DNA of 64,000 bases. Source: Patescibacteria group bacterium. GTDB lineage: Bacteria; Patescibacteriota; Microgenomatia; Levybacterales; UBA12049. The translations under genes and the position numbers were made by a program. Below, piece after piece: positions 49,258 through 58,816 of this stretch (positions within the stretch are counted from its first letter, which is position 1; every line of letters starts with the position of its first letter). Under the pieces are notes generated by a model, which saw only the letters and a list, made by a program, of their open reading frames with translations, did no database searches and was not told the origin of the DNA. Where the stretch lies: the NCBI GenBank assembly GCA_023484045.1, contig JAMDAA010000018.1:4-64003 (forward strand), given 5' to 3'.

Positions 49258-49723
49258 TTACAATAACAAAAATTTTAACTGTCGACTGGTTGTTTTCTTT
49301 ACTGATTTCGACTCTGACTTCTTTTTTTCCGTTTGACCCGACAAGCTTATTTAAAACTTTATCGTTCGCTTTAGTCTGGACAAAAGATTTTGCATTCATT
49401 CCCATCCCTTTTATTTTTTCTTTATACCAATCTGTTATTTTTTGTGCATCGTCTAAACTTTCAAGCTCTAAATTGCCATTGTCATTTTTTATTTTTACCG
49501 AACCGGGGTAAATTAAATCTTCATTTTGTTTACTGTTTTGATTTTTATTGATTATCGGGGCCGGAGTATTTGATGGCTGGTTTTGCTCTTCTTTAAAAAC
49601 CGTCGGAGTAGGAGAGATCAGTGTTTTTTGTCTTTTTTCGATCGGATTCAAAAAATATTTTTGTCCCAAAATTACTATTATAAGAAGCGTAACTAGAATT
49701 CCTAAAACCCTAATGCTATTCAT
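49247..49723 (-). CDS. hypothetical secreted/membrane-anchored protein
   Basis: N-terminal TM 'VLGILVTLLIIVILG'; 158 aa. Confidence 0.4.
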   Translation of the reverse strand: MNSIRVLGILVTLLIIVILGQKYFLNPIEKRQKTLISPTPTVFKEEQNQPSNTPAPIINKNQNSKQNEDLIYPGSVKIKNDNGNLELESLDDAQKITDWYKEKIKGMGMNAKSFVQTKANDKVLNKLVGSNGKKEVRVEISKENNQSTVKIFVIVINP

Positions 49724-49783
49724 GCACCAATATTATACTCCCGTTGTCAACCCTTCGATTTTAAAAACTACTCTATATATGGT

Positions 49784-51130
49784 CTATTGACATGAAGAGT
49801 TATTGGGGATGTATTTACACCACCATGGTTTTGGTGTAGAAGTCGGTTCTGGTGTCAAATTTGCAGATTGCGTAGAAACTGGTGTCGGAGTTATCGTTGG
49901 GGCAGGAGTCGATGTGGGTGTAGGACTTGGTGTTGGCGTCGGAGTTAAAGTCGGCGTTGGACTAATTAAACTACAATCAACCGCTCTACATGCATTAATC
50001 CTTCCGTATGTCCAATACTTTCCGGTCCCTAAAACCTTATCTGTTGTAGACTCGATTTTATTTCTGACTTGGGAATTAGTCCAGTTAGTATGCAAACCAA
50101 AAACAAGACCTGCAAGACCCGAAACAAAAGGTGCTGCCATCGAGGTTCCCGAAAGATACGTGTAATCACCCTTATAAGTTGAAACTATCGAAACTCCGGG
50201 CGCTGCAACATCAACCCATAAACCATAATTCGAAAAACTCGCTTTGCTATCGTTTTGATCAGTCGCGGCTGTAGCAATTATGTTTGAATAATACGCCGGA
50301 TAAAATCTTTGTTTGCTGTTATTGTTGCCCGCTGCCGCAACAACCACAACTCCCTTATTCCATGCATAATTTACTGCATCTTGTAAAGTCCTTGAAGATG
50401 ATGTTCCCCCCAAACTCAGATTTATTACTTTTGCATTATTATCTGCCGCCCAAATAATCCCATTGGCAACCCATGAATAATATCCGCTACCCGTGTTGTC
50501 GAGTACTTTTACCGAAAGAAGTCGAGTATCGTATCCTACTCCCGCAACTCCCAAACTATTGTTCGTAATACTGGCCGTAATTCCGGCAACGTGAGTTCCG
50601 TGTCCGTCTCCATCGATATCAGGATCAGATGTAAAATTGGCGCGGCCGGCGATTTTTGTGGACAGATCAGGATGAACCGAATCTATTCCCGTATCAACAA
50701 TGGCGACGTTGATTGTTGAAAGCCCGTGCGTCGAATTCCAAGCATACTCTGCCTGGATTTTTTTTAAACCCCATTGATTTGGATAATAAGGATCGTTTGG
50801 GGTCTCGAGTTTTGTTGCGACAAAATCGGGTTCTGCATATTCGACAATATTGCTTTGGATGAATTTATTAGCAAATTCATAAGATCGTCCTTCTGGTATC
50901 TTTACTACAAGCGCATCAGTAAGTTTTAACCGTTCTTCTTTAAACGCGCCAAAACTTTTTATGAGAGTATTTTGTAGATTCTCAGGTGTAGCGGGACGAA
51001 ACTTTACAATGATCCTGTCTGGTTTTAATACTGCTTTAAAAGAGGATGAGGCAGAGAAAACCGGAGACTTTATAATAAACAACAAAATCGGTAATAAAAG
51101 TATTGCGAGAAGAAAGAAAAACCTTTTCAC
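49784..51130 (-). CDS. subtilisin-like serine protease (peptidase S8) with Pro/Thr linker and C-terminal Cys pair
   Basis: 'VAIVDTGID' (Asp), 'HGTHVAG' (His), 'GTSMAAPFVSG' (Ser); C-terminal 'TPTPTPSPTPTSTPAPTITPTP...CKYIPNNSSC'. Confidence 0.85.
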   Translation of the reverse strand: MKRFFFLLAILLLPILLFIIKSPVFSASSSFKAVLKPDRIIVKFRPATPENLQNTLIKSFGAFKEERLKLTDALVVKIPEGRSYEFANKFIQSNIVEYAEPDFVATKLETPNDPYYPNQWGLKKIQAEYAWNSTHGLSTINVAIVDTGIDSVHPDLSTKIAGRANFTSDPDIDGDGHGTHVAGITASITNNSLGVAGVGYDTRLLSVKVLDNTGSGYYSWVANGIIWAADNNAKVINLSLGGTSSSRTLQDAVNYAWNKGVVVVAAAGNNNSKQRFYPAYYSNIIATAATDQNDSKASFSNYGLWVDVAAPGVSIVSTYKGDYTYLSGTSMAAPFVSGLAGLVFGLHTNWTNSQVRNKIESTTDKVLGTGKYWTYGRINACRAVDCSLISPTPTLTPTPTPSPTPTSTPAPTITPTPVSTQSANLTPEPTSTPKPWWCKYIPNNSSCQ

Positions 51131-51214
51131 CTATTTTCTTTATAACACCGGCTTTTACTTTTTGTCAATAACTTATGTTTTTTATAAATCTTTGATACAA
51201 TAAAATAGACATTC

Positions 51215-51856
51215 ATGAATCGGGAAGAAGCGTATCAAATTTTATTTGAGCTTGTAAAAAATCCCAGTCTTATAAAACATCATTTAGCTTGTGAAGCCGT
51301 GATGAAGGCTTTGTATCGCAGATTAAATAATCAGATAAATCAACAGGACGAAGAAAAATGGGGACTAGTAGGATTATTGCATGATGCCGATTATGAATTA
51401 TCGCACGATCACCCGGAAAAACATTCTTTGATTTTAGAAGAAAAGTACGGAAACGTAATTCCGCAAGATGTTATGTACGCGATAAAATGCCACGATTTCG
51501 AAAACACAAAAGTCGAGCCAAAAAGTCTTATGGATTGGAGTATTTATTGTTGTGACGAATTAACCGGAATAATAATCGCTTCAACTCTTATTCACCCTGC
51601 CTCGCCAGACGGCTCGCCTCGACTCGCCTCGCGAAGCGGGTTCGGCGAAGCGGGCGGGCAAGGCGGGCTCGACAAAAAATTAGTATCTGTTACTCCCGAT
51701 TTTGTCTTAAACCGTTTTAACGAAAAATCTTTTGCCAGAAGCGCAAATCGCAATTCCGTAAAAAGGTGCGAAGACAAACTCGGCATTCCGCTTTTGGAAT
51801 TTATTGCTATTTGCTTAAACGCGATGAAGATGATAAGTAACGAGCTTGGATTGTAA
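51215..51856 (+). CDS. HD-domain phosphohydrolase with GC-rich in-frame insertion
   Basis: 'HLACEAVMKAL', 'LLHDADYE' HD motif; residues ~128-150 ('PASPDGSPRLASRSGFGEAGGQGG') encoded by an ~80-nt GC-rich segment. Confidence 0.6.
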   Translation: MNREEAYQILFELVKNPSLIKHHLACEAVMKALYRRLNNQINQQDEEKWGLVGLLHDADYELSHDHPEKHSLILEEKYGNVIPQDVMYAIKCHDFENTKVEPKSLMDWSIYCCDELTGIIIASTLIHPASPDGSPRLASRSGFGEAGGQGGLDKKLVSVTPDFVLNRFNEKSFARSANRNSVKRCEDKLGIPLLEFIAICLNAMKMISNELGL

Positions 51857-51945
51857 TCACAATCCGAATAGGGGTTAAACCCCTAAAACAGATTATTAGG
51901 ACAATAAATTTTACAAAATGGAAGTCATTTGATAGAATAGCTTTA

Positions 51946-53169
51946 ATGGATAAACCAAAAAGTCACCAACAAATCGGGCAGGAACAAGATTTATTTGTCT
52001 TATCAGACCTGGTCGGATCGGGCCTTCCGATGTTCACCCCGAAAGGCGCCACTGTTAGAAGAATCATCGAAGAATACATGTTCGATCTTTTATCTAAATA
52101 CGGATACGACCATGTATGGATTCCCCATCTAGCGAGAAAAGAACTTTACGAAATTTCGGGACATCTCGAAAAATTCGGCGAAGACATATTTCCGGAAATG
52201 AAAACAAAAGGAAGAAGCTATATTCTAAAGGCAATGAATTGTCCTCACCACATTCAGATATTTGGGCGGAAACCCATAAGCTACAAAGAAATGCCTCAGC
52301 GATACGCTGAAACAACAACCGTTTACAGATCAGAGCAATCTGGTGAACTTGGTGGTTTAACTCGAGTTCTGTCGATTACACAAGACGATGCACACGTCTT
52401 TTGTACAAAAGAGCAGCTTAAGGACGAATTTAAAAAAGCCATTGAAATCAACAAGCAAGTGTTAAAAGATTTTGGATTTCACGAGAACTGGATTAGACTT
52501 TCTTTATGGGACAAGGGCCAAAAGGAAAAGTATCTGGGAGATGAAAAAGTCTGGGAAGAAATGCAAAATTTAATGAGAGAAATTCTCACGGAAACAAAAA
52601 CTCGCTTTAAGGAAGCGGCTGGAGAGGCAGCTTTTTATGGGCCAAAGATGGATCTTATGGTGATTGACTCACATTGTAGAGAATGGCAGGTTTCCACAAT
52701 TCAGCTCGATTTTAATCTTCCGGAAAGATTTAATATTTCCTATATTGATGAAAAGGGAGAGAAGGAGAGACCATATATGATTCATAGGGCAACGCTCGGA
52801 TCTGTCGAAAGGTTTTTAGGAGTTTATATCGAACACGTTCAAGGGGCGTTTCCGCTTTGGCTTTCTCCGGTTCAGGCGGCAGTAATTCCGGTTTCTGATA
52901 AATTTATTGAGGCTGCAAAAAAAGTTTTTGAGGTACTTAAAAACGAAGGAATAAGAGTTGAGCTAAACGACAAAAACGACACGCTGTCGGCCAAAATCCG
53001 CGACTGCACTTTGCAAAAAATACCCTACATGTGTATAATAGGAGGTAAAGAAGCGGAAAACGAAAGGCTCGTTGTTTCCGTAAGAACCCGGGAAGGAAAA
53101 GATTTGGGACAACTCGATGTTCCAAATTTTTTAAAGGATTTAAAAGAACAAATTGATAAAAAGATTTAG
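51946..53169 (+). CDS. thrS: threonine--tRNA ligase, catalytic-core form lacking N-terminal TGS/editing domains
   Basis: 'HQQIGQEQDLF' (ThrRS 'HRKIGKELDLF'), class II motifs 'MNCPHHIQIF', 'FYGPKMDL', 'HRATLGSVERF', anticodon-binding C-terminus; 407 aa. Confidence 0.85.
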   Translation: MDKPKSHQQIGQEQDLFVLSDLVGSGLPMFTPKGATVRRIIEEYMFDLLSKYGYDHVWIPHLARKELYEISGHLEKFGEDIFPEMKTKGRSYILKAMNCPHHIQIFGRKPISYKEMPQRYAETTTVYRSEQSGELGGLTRVLSITQDDAHVFCTKEQLKDEFKKAIEINKQVLKDFGFHENWIRLSLWDKGQKEKYLGDEKVWEEMQNLMREILTETKTRFKEAAGEAAFYGPKMDLMVIDSHCREWQVSTIQLDFNLPERFNISYIDEKGEKERPYMIHRATLGSVERFLGVYIEHVQGAFPLWLSPVQAAVIPVSDKFIEAAKKVFEVLKNEGIRVELNDKNDTLSAKIRDCTLQKIPYMCIIGGKEAENERLVVSVRTREGKDLGQLDVPNFLKDLKEQIDKKI

Positions 53170-53746
53170 AGGAAATCAACAAAGAGTTTTTTACAGGATT
53201 AATGAGCGTATTTATGCGCCCAATCTTCGCGTTTTAGACTCTGAGGGAAAGCAAATCGGTTTATTGAGTCGCTTTGAAGCACTAAGTCGCGCAAAAGACG
53301 AAGGATTGGATTTAGTCGAAATCGCGCCGAAGGCAAACCCACCGGTAGCAAAAATAATCGACTATAATAAATTCCTTTACCAGATGGAGAAGAAAAAACG
53401 CGAGGAAAAGAAAAAAACTAAAAGTTCTGAGACAAAAGAAATAAGACTCGGACCTTTTATGGACGATCACGATTTGCAAGTCGCGATAAGACGGGGACGG
53501 GATTTTTTAGGAGACAATAACAAGGTCAGACTCGTCGTAAAATTTATCGGAAGACAAATCGTCCATCCCGAATTCGGAAAAGAAATATTAAATAAAGTTG
53601 TAACGGCGCTTTCGGACATATCAAAAACCGAAAGAGATCCGCATTTTGAGGGAAAGCAACTGATAACAATGCTTTCTCCGGAAAGGAAAAAGGTAAAACA
53701 AGATGAAGAAGAAAAAAATCAAGAAATCGGTGTCGAAAAGATTTAA
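53153..53746 (+). CDS. infC: translation initiation factor IF-3
   Basis: 'RINERIYAPNLRVLDSEGKQIG...LDLVEIAP.ANPPVAKIIDYNKF' matches IF-3 N/C domains; start uncertain (IF-3 genes often use AUU). Confidence 0.8.
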   Translation: MIKRFRGNQQRVFYRINERIYAPNLRVLDSEGKQIGLLSRFEALSRAKDEGLDLVEIAPKANPPVAKIIDYNKFLYQMEKKKREEKKKTKSSETKEIRLGPFMDDHDLQVAIRRGRDFLGDNNKVRLVVKFIGRQIVHPEFGKEILNKVVTALSDISKTERDPHFEGKQLITMLSPERKKVKQDEEEKNQEIGVEKI

Positions 53747-53900
53747 GATCACAAAAAAGGGGAAAGTACTTTTTGATCACCAATACACTGGTCATTTAAA
53801 AAGACATAAGTCTAAAAGAAGACAAAGAAGACAAAACGAACCCGGAATTTTAAAGGGAAGTTTTGCTAAAAAAATTAAAAAACTCATGGGAAATTTATGA
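53703..53900 (+). CDS. rpmI: 50S ribosomal protein L35
   Basis: 'KKIKKSVSKRFKITKKGKV...HLKRHKSKR' aligns with L35 '[20 protein letters not shown]'; overlaps infC 3' end. Confidence 0.75.
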   Translation: MKKKKIKKSVSKRFKITKKGKVLFDHQYTGHLKRHKSKRRQRRQNEPGILKGSFAKKIKKLMGNL

Positions 53901-54079
53901 AGCTTCTGAAAGAAGCGGAATCCTTCCGAAGCTTCAGCGAAGGTGGATAAATGGGAAAACAAAGAGCGCGAAAAAATTTTAATTTTAGGGAAACAAGGTC
54001 TGAAAGATCGGCGAACCGTTCTTACAGAGATTTCGGAAGATATTTTAAAAAATTATTCCAAATCAGACCTAAATAAAAT

Positions 54080-54424
54080 ATGACAAGAGTTAAAAGAGGG
54101 GTCGTGTCCCGGAGAAAACACAATAAATTAAAAGAGCTGACAAAAGGGTATAGGGGAACTAAGAGTAAGCTCATAAGAGACGCTAAACAAGCCGAACTTC
54201 ATGCCGGCGCTTACGCTTATCATGGAAGAAAAAGAAAAAAGAGAGAATTCCGAAGACTTTGGATTACAAGAATCGGCGAAGCGGTAAAAGTGGAAGGGAT
54301 TTCCTACAGTGTTTTTATCGATAAATTGAAAAAGGGGAATATAGAGCTTGACCGAAAAATTTTAAGCGAATTAGTTGTCGAAGATCCTGCTACTTTTAAA
54401 CAGATCGTAAATAGTGTAAAATGA
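54080..54424 (+). CDS. rplT: 50S ribosomal protein L20
   Basis: 'MTRVKRGVVSRRKHNKLKELTKGYRG...LWITRI' canonical L20. Confidence 0.9.
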   Translation: MTRVKRGVVSRRKHNKLKELTKGYRGTKSKLIRDAKQAELHAGAYAYHGRKRKKREFRRLWITRIGEAVKVEGISYSVFIDKLKKGNIELDRKILSELVVEDPATFKQIVNSVK

Positions 54425-54569
54425 TTATACCCTGAGCGAAGTCGAGGGGTAATACTGAGTGTAATCGAAGTATATGAAAAGAAGTTTGAATTTTTGGTTT
54501 TATTACTTTACTTCCCGGTAGGGGGGACGAAGTTAATGGATTAATATAATCCAAAACCAAAACTTACAG

Positions 54570-54592
54570 CCTCCCAAAAGGGAGGTTTTTTT
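54570..54592 (+). terminator. rho-independent terminator
   Basis: CCTCCC-AAAA-GGGAGG + TTTTTTT. Confidence 0.55.
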
Positions 54593-54606
54593 GTGATAAA
54601 AAGGAG

Positions 54607-54816
54607 GTGATTTTTATGGAAAATGAACAAAGAATAATACGTATTCCAAATCTTGGATCAGAAATATTAGAAAAATTAGGTGTTGGACCAAACAGGGGAG
54701 TTGTTTTAACCAACGAAAGTCCCCGTGAAATTATTAATATGCTGCCACCGATGGATAGACAAAAAATCGGAAAAAAACCAGTCCAGATCGACGGTCGCGG
54801 TCATATATGTTCATAA
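54607..54816 (+). CDS. hypothetical small protein
   Basis: 69 aa ORF with strong SD 'aaggaggtg'; no domain. Confidence 0.3.
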   Translation: MIFMENEQRIIRIPNLGSEILEKLGVGPNRGVVLTNESPREIINMLPPMDRQKIGKKPVQIDGRGHICS

Positions 54817-54843
54817 TGATTTCTTTATGGTATCCTTAAAAAT

Positions 54844-55881
54844 ATGGAAGAAGAATTAGTCGGGATTAAAAATGCGGCGATTTCATTTACTCTGGAATGT
54901 AATTCTTTGGAAGAGCTTGAAGAAGTGAAACTTCAATTTTTGGGTCGAAGCGGAAAATTGACACAGACGATTAAAAATATCGCGACCGTTCCTTTAGAAA
55001 AACGGCCGGAAATCGGGATGCTTGCAAACGAAATAAAAAATATAATCGAAGAAACGATCGAGCAAAAACACGAAACTTTAAAGTCTGAACATTATAAAAA
55101 AAGAAAAGAGGCAATCGATATTACAAAACCCGGAATTAAACCCAAAATCGGACATATTCATCCGATTACCCAAACGATTTTAGAAATGATCGATATTTTT
55201 AAAGGCATCGGATTCCAGGTAGCAGACGGCCCCGAAATCGAAACCGATTATTATAACTTTGAGGCGCTGAATATCCCGAAAGATCATCCATCGCGAGACA
55301 CACAACAAACATTATACCTTGACACAAGAAACAGCAAGGTCGAACCCGGAGAAGTAATTCTTAGAACCCAAACATCAAATATGCAGGGAAGAATAATGCA
55401 AAAAATAAAACCCCCGTTTCGGGTAATCGTTCCCGGAAAAGTTTACCGCTACGAACAGGTCGACGCGTCACACGGATTCGAATTCTGGCAACTCGAAGGA
55501 TTTACTATAGATAAAAATATTACCATGTCAGATCTTTTCGGAACACTCGATTACTTTATAAAGAAATTTTATGGCAATGATACAAAAGTAAAATTTGTTT
55601 GCCATAATTTTCCGTTTGTTGAACCGGGTGCCGAAGCATATATTACTTGCACGGTCTGCAAAGGAAAAGGCTGCACTTTTTGTAAAAGAAGCGGTTGGGT
55701 CGAAATGTTGGGTGCCGGAATGATTCATCCGAATGTTTTAAAAGCCGCAAAGATTGATCCCAATGAGTGGCAAGGTTTTGCTTTCGGAACAGGATTTTCC
55801 AGAATGGCAACATTAAAATATCAGATGGATGATTTAAGACTCTTAACAAACCCTGATCTTAGAATTTTAAATCAATTCTGA
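54844..55881 (+). CDS. pheS: phenylalanine--tRNA ligase alpha subunit
   Basis: class II motifs incl. 'FRVIVPGKVYRYEQVDASHGFEFWQLEG', 'GAGMIHPNVL', C-terminal 'GFAFGTGFSRMATLKY'. Confidence 0.9.
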   Translation: MEEELVGIKNAAISFTLECNSLEELEEVKLQFLGRSGKLTQTIKNIATVPLEKRPEIGMLANEIKNIIEETIEQKHETLKSEHYKKRKEAIDITKPGIKPKIGHIHPITQTILEMIDIFKGIGFQVADGPEIETDYYNFEALNIPKDHPSRDTQQTLYLDTRNSKVEPGEVILRTQTSNMQGRIMQKIKPPFRVIVPGKVYRYEQVDASHGFEFWQLEGFTIDKNITMSDLFGTLDYFIKKFYGNDTKVKFVCHNFPFVEPGAEAYITCTVCKGKGCTFCKRSGWVEMLGAGMIHPNVLKAAKIDPNEWQGFAFGTGFSRMATLKYQMDDLRLLTNPDLRILNQF

Positions 55882-55928
55882 ATTATGAATTCTAAATTTA
55901 AAATGGAAGAATAGGTGTAGCTATAAAA

Positions 55929-55943
55929 ACACCCTAAGGGTGT
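55929..55943. repeat. solo REP-like palindrome ACACCC-TAA-GGGTGT
   Basis: identical core to the palindrome at 6533..6546 flanking RAYT-like gene 1. Confidence 0.5.
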
Positions 55944-55967
55944 AAAGCTGCTCCTGAAAGGATACAG

Positions 55968-56414
55968 ATGTTAATAAAAAATAAGAAGAAACACCGACAT
56001 TTAGCAGTAGTTGCGATTATTTTTAATGACGAGGGAAAGATATTGTTAACTCAACGAGATGAACCAAAGACACATGCTCATAAAAAATGGCATTTCCCGG
56101 GTGGGGGAATCGAATTTGGCGAACACCCAAAACAAACTGCCCTTCGAGAAGTATTAGAAGAAGTGGGAATAAATATCGAATTATTATCGGATGATCCTTT
56201 CGTTCATTCATTCGTTTTTGAAGAAGTGAACGTTCATGCAGTAGTTCTTGCTTATCCCGCAAAATATGTATCGGGTAAAATTGATATAACCAAAGACCTT
56301 CACACGGGAGATGCAAAGTGGTTTAACAGTGAAGAAATTGATTTTTCTATCTGTCTACCAGAAGTAGAAAAACTGATCAATAAAGCCAAAAAATACTCAA
56401 TACTAGATACTTAA
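55968..56414 (+). CDS. NUDIX hydrolase
   Basis: Nudix box 'GGGIEFGEHPKQTALREVLEEVGINI'. Confidence 0.75.
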   Translation: MLIKNKKKHRHLAVVAIIFNDEGKILLTQRDEPKTHAHKKWHFPGGGIEFGEHPKQTALREVLEEVGINIELLSDDPFVHSFVFEEVNVHAVVLAYPAKYVSGKIDITKDLHTGDAKWFNSEEIDFSICLPEVEKLINKAKKYSILDT

Positions 56415-56421
56415 TACTATT

Positions 56422-58308
56422 ATGCTTGCGCCCTTATCTTGGTTAAAAGAATACGTAGATATAACATTAACTCCAAGCGTCCTCGGAGAACGCCTTACCG
56501 AGGTCGGGCTTGGTGTTGAAAAAATCGAAAAAGTCGACGGCGACGTTATTTTCGATTTAGAAATCACCCCTAACAGACCGGATTGCCTTTCAATTTTAGG
56601 AATCGCACGGGAGATCGCGGCGATCGAAGGTAAAAAAATAAAATACCCTAAATTAAAAAATGACTTGGAAAAAATTAAAGCTAAAAAAATATTACCACTT
56701 ACGATTGAAACAGACCACAAAATAAATCCGCGATTCACTGGAATTATAATCGACGGCGTAAAAGTTGAGGAATCTCCGGAATGGTTAAAAGAAAAATTAT
56801 TAAAAATAAATCAACGGCCGATAAACAATATCGTCGACATAACAAACTATGTAATGTTGGAACTCGGTAATCCGATCCATGCTTTTGACTACGACAAAAT
56901 TAAAGATCATATTATGCAGGTAAAACTTACCCGCGGCGGAGAACCGTTTAAATCTGTCGACGGATTAAATTACCGTCTGCCAAAGGATGCTGTTATTATC
57001 ACCGACTCTGAAAAAATTATCGACCTTTGCGGGATAAAAGGCGGTTACAATTCGGGAACTTTCGACAGCACAAAAACAATTTTTATAAGAGTTCCTGTTG
57101 AGGTTTCATTGTTAACAAGAAGATCATCCCAGGCGTTAGGTTTAAGGTCTGAGGCGAGCAGTATTTTCGAAAGGGGAGTAAACGCCGGTGGAACAATCGA
57201 CGCGCTAAAACGATGCGTCGATTTAATTTTGGAACTCGCGGGCGGAGAAGTCGCGAGTAAAATCTACGATTTAAAAAATCAGGAATTTAATCCTTGGAAA
57301 ATAAAATTAAGAATCGAAAAATTAAACAAAATCTTAGGAATCGAAATAAAAGAAACCGAAATCCTAAATATTTTAGAAAGATTAAATTTAAAACCAAAAA
57401 AATCCACTGAAATAATTACAGTAACTGTTCCTACTTACAGAAATGACTTAAAAATTGAAGAAGATATTATCGAAGAAGTCGCACGGCTTTACGGATACAA
57501 CAAATTTCCAAAAACTTTACCTTTTGGCGAAGTTCCAATAACAGAAATTCCGTATTTCAAAAATTACAAAATCGACGAAAAAGTAAAAAATATTTTAAAA
57601 TCTTGCGGATTTTCCGAAATTTATACGTACAGTTTAATTAGCGAAAAGGCTTTAGAAGAAACAGAAATAAGTCCCGAAAAAACACTCCGCATCGATAACC
57701 CCGTGAGCCTCGAGTATGAATACTTGAGGCCGACATTAAAATCAAACTTAATTAAAGCATTAATCCAAAATAAACCGAATTTCGACGAAATAAATCTTTT
57801 CGAACTCGGAAAAGTTTATTTGGGAAAAAATATCGACGACGCAAAAGAGGAGTATTATTTGTCCGGAATTTCAAACAAAAAAAATTATTACGAAATAAAG
57901 GGAATAATCGAAATAATTCTTTTTGAACTCGGAATTGACGAGGACGTGAATAAAAATATTGAGGTCGTAGATGAAGGAATTCTGTTCGAATTGAATTATT
58001 CAAAGCTTTTAGAAAAAATGACAAATAAAAAACTGTTTAAACAATTACCAAAGTATCCACCGGTTATCGAAGATATTGCGTTAATAGTTCCGAACGAAAT
58101 TAAAACGGGCGACATTATCGATGAGGTTAAAAAGCAAAGTGAAGTCATAAAACAAGTCGCACTTCTCGACGAGTTTGGAGAGACGCGAACTTTTCATATT
58201 GTCTATCAGGATATGCAGAAAAATCTGACAAGAGACGATGCTTTTAAAATCCGCGATAAATTCCTAAAAGTCCTCAAAGAAAAATTTGACGCCGAGATCA
58301 AAAAATAG
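56422..58308 (+). CDS. pheT: phenylalanine--tRNA ligase beta subunit (short, 628 aa)
   Basis: N-terminal 'MLAPLSWLKEYVDI', B3/4 and B5 domain patterns, C-terminal FDX-ACB-like region. Confidence 0.85.
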   Translation: MLAPLSWLKEYVDITLTPSVLGERLTEVGLGVEKIEKVDGDVIFDLEITPNRPDCLSILGIAREIAAIEGKKIKYPKLKNDLEKIKAKKILPLTIETDHKINPRFTGIIIDGVKVEESPEWLKEKLLKINQRPINNIVDITNYVMLELGNPIHAFDYDKIKDHIMQVKLTRGGEPFKSVDGLNYRLPKDAVIITDSEKIIDLCGIKGGYNSGTFDSTKTIFIRVPVEVSLLTRRSSQALGLRSEASSIFERGVNAGGTIDALKRCVDLILELAGGEVASKIYDLKNQEFNPWKIKLRIEKLNKILGIEIKETEILNILERLNLKPKKSTEIITVTVPTYRNDLKIEEDIIEEVARLYGYNKFPKTLPFGEVPITEIPYFKNYKIDEKVKNILKSCGFSEIYTYSLISEKALEETEISPEKTLRIDNPVSLEYEYLRPTLKSNLIKALIQNKPNFDEINLFELGKVYLGKNIDDAKEEYYLSGISNKKNYYEIKGIIEIILFELGIDEDVNKNIEVVDEGILFELNYSKLLEKMTNKKLFKQLPKYPPVIEDIALIVPNEIKTGDIIDEVKKQSEVIKQVALLDEFGETRTFHIVYQDMQKNLTRDDAFKIRDKFLKVLKEKFDAEIKK

Positions 58309-58777
58309 TATAAATTCTTGGATGAAAAATAAAAAAATAATCACAATCTGCTCGAGCGCTACTTTTTATAAACAAATACTCGAAATCGAAGAGAAATTAA
58401 AAAAACTCGGCTTTAAAGTAAAAATACCAAAAACTGCGAAAATTATGCAAAGAAATAATAATTTTGACGTTGGCTTTTATAAAACTTGGTTTAATAACAA
58501 AAATGATTATTCAAAAAAAACAAAATTAATGAAAGACCATTTTAAAAAGATTATCGACGCCGATATGATACTTGTTGCAAATTACGAAAAAAACGGCGTT
58601 GCCGGATACATCGGCGGAAGTGTTTTAACGGAAATGGCAATCGCTTTCCACTATAAAAAACCGATTTTTATTTACGATGAAATATCAGAAGATTTAAATA
58701 TTAAAGAAGAAATTTACGGCCTAAACCCTATTTTTATTAAGAAAAACCTCAGAATAATTGCTAGTAAATTTATATGA
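58286..58777 (+). CDS. nucleoside 2-deoxyribosyltransferase-like protein
   Basis: 'IITICSSATFY...ADMILVANYEKNGVAGYIGGSVLTEMAIAFHYKKPIFIY' resembles PF05014-type fold; weak. Confidence 0.4.
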   Translation: MTPRSKNSINSWMKNKKIITICSSATFYKQILEIEEKLKKLGFKVKIPKTAKIMQRNNNFDVGFYKTWFNNKNDYSKKTKLMKDHFKKIIDADMILVANYEKNGVAGYIGGSVLTEMAIAFHYKKPIFIYDEISEDLNIKEEIYGLNPIFIKKNLRIIASKFI

Positions 58778-58816
58778 TTATTGATGAAAAAGTAGATAAG
58801 TATTAGAATAAAGTCT

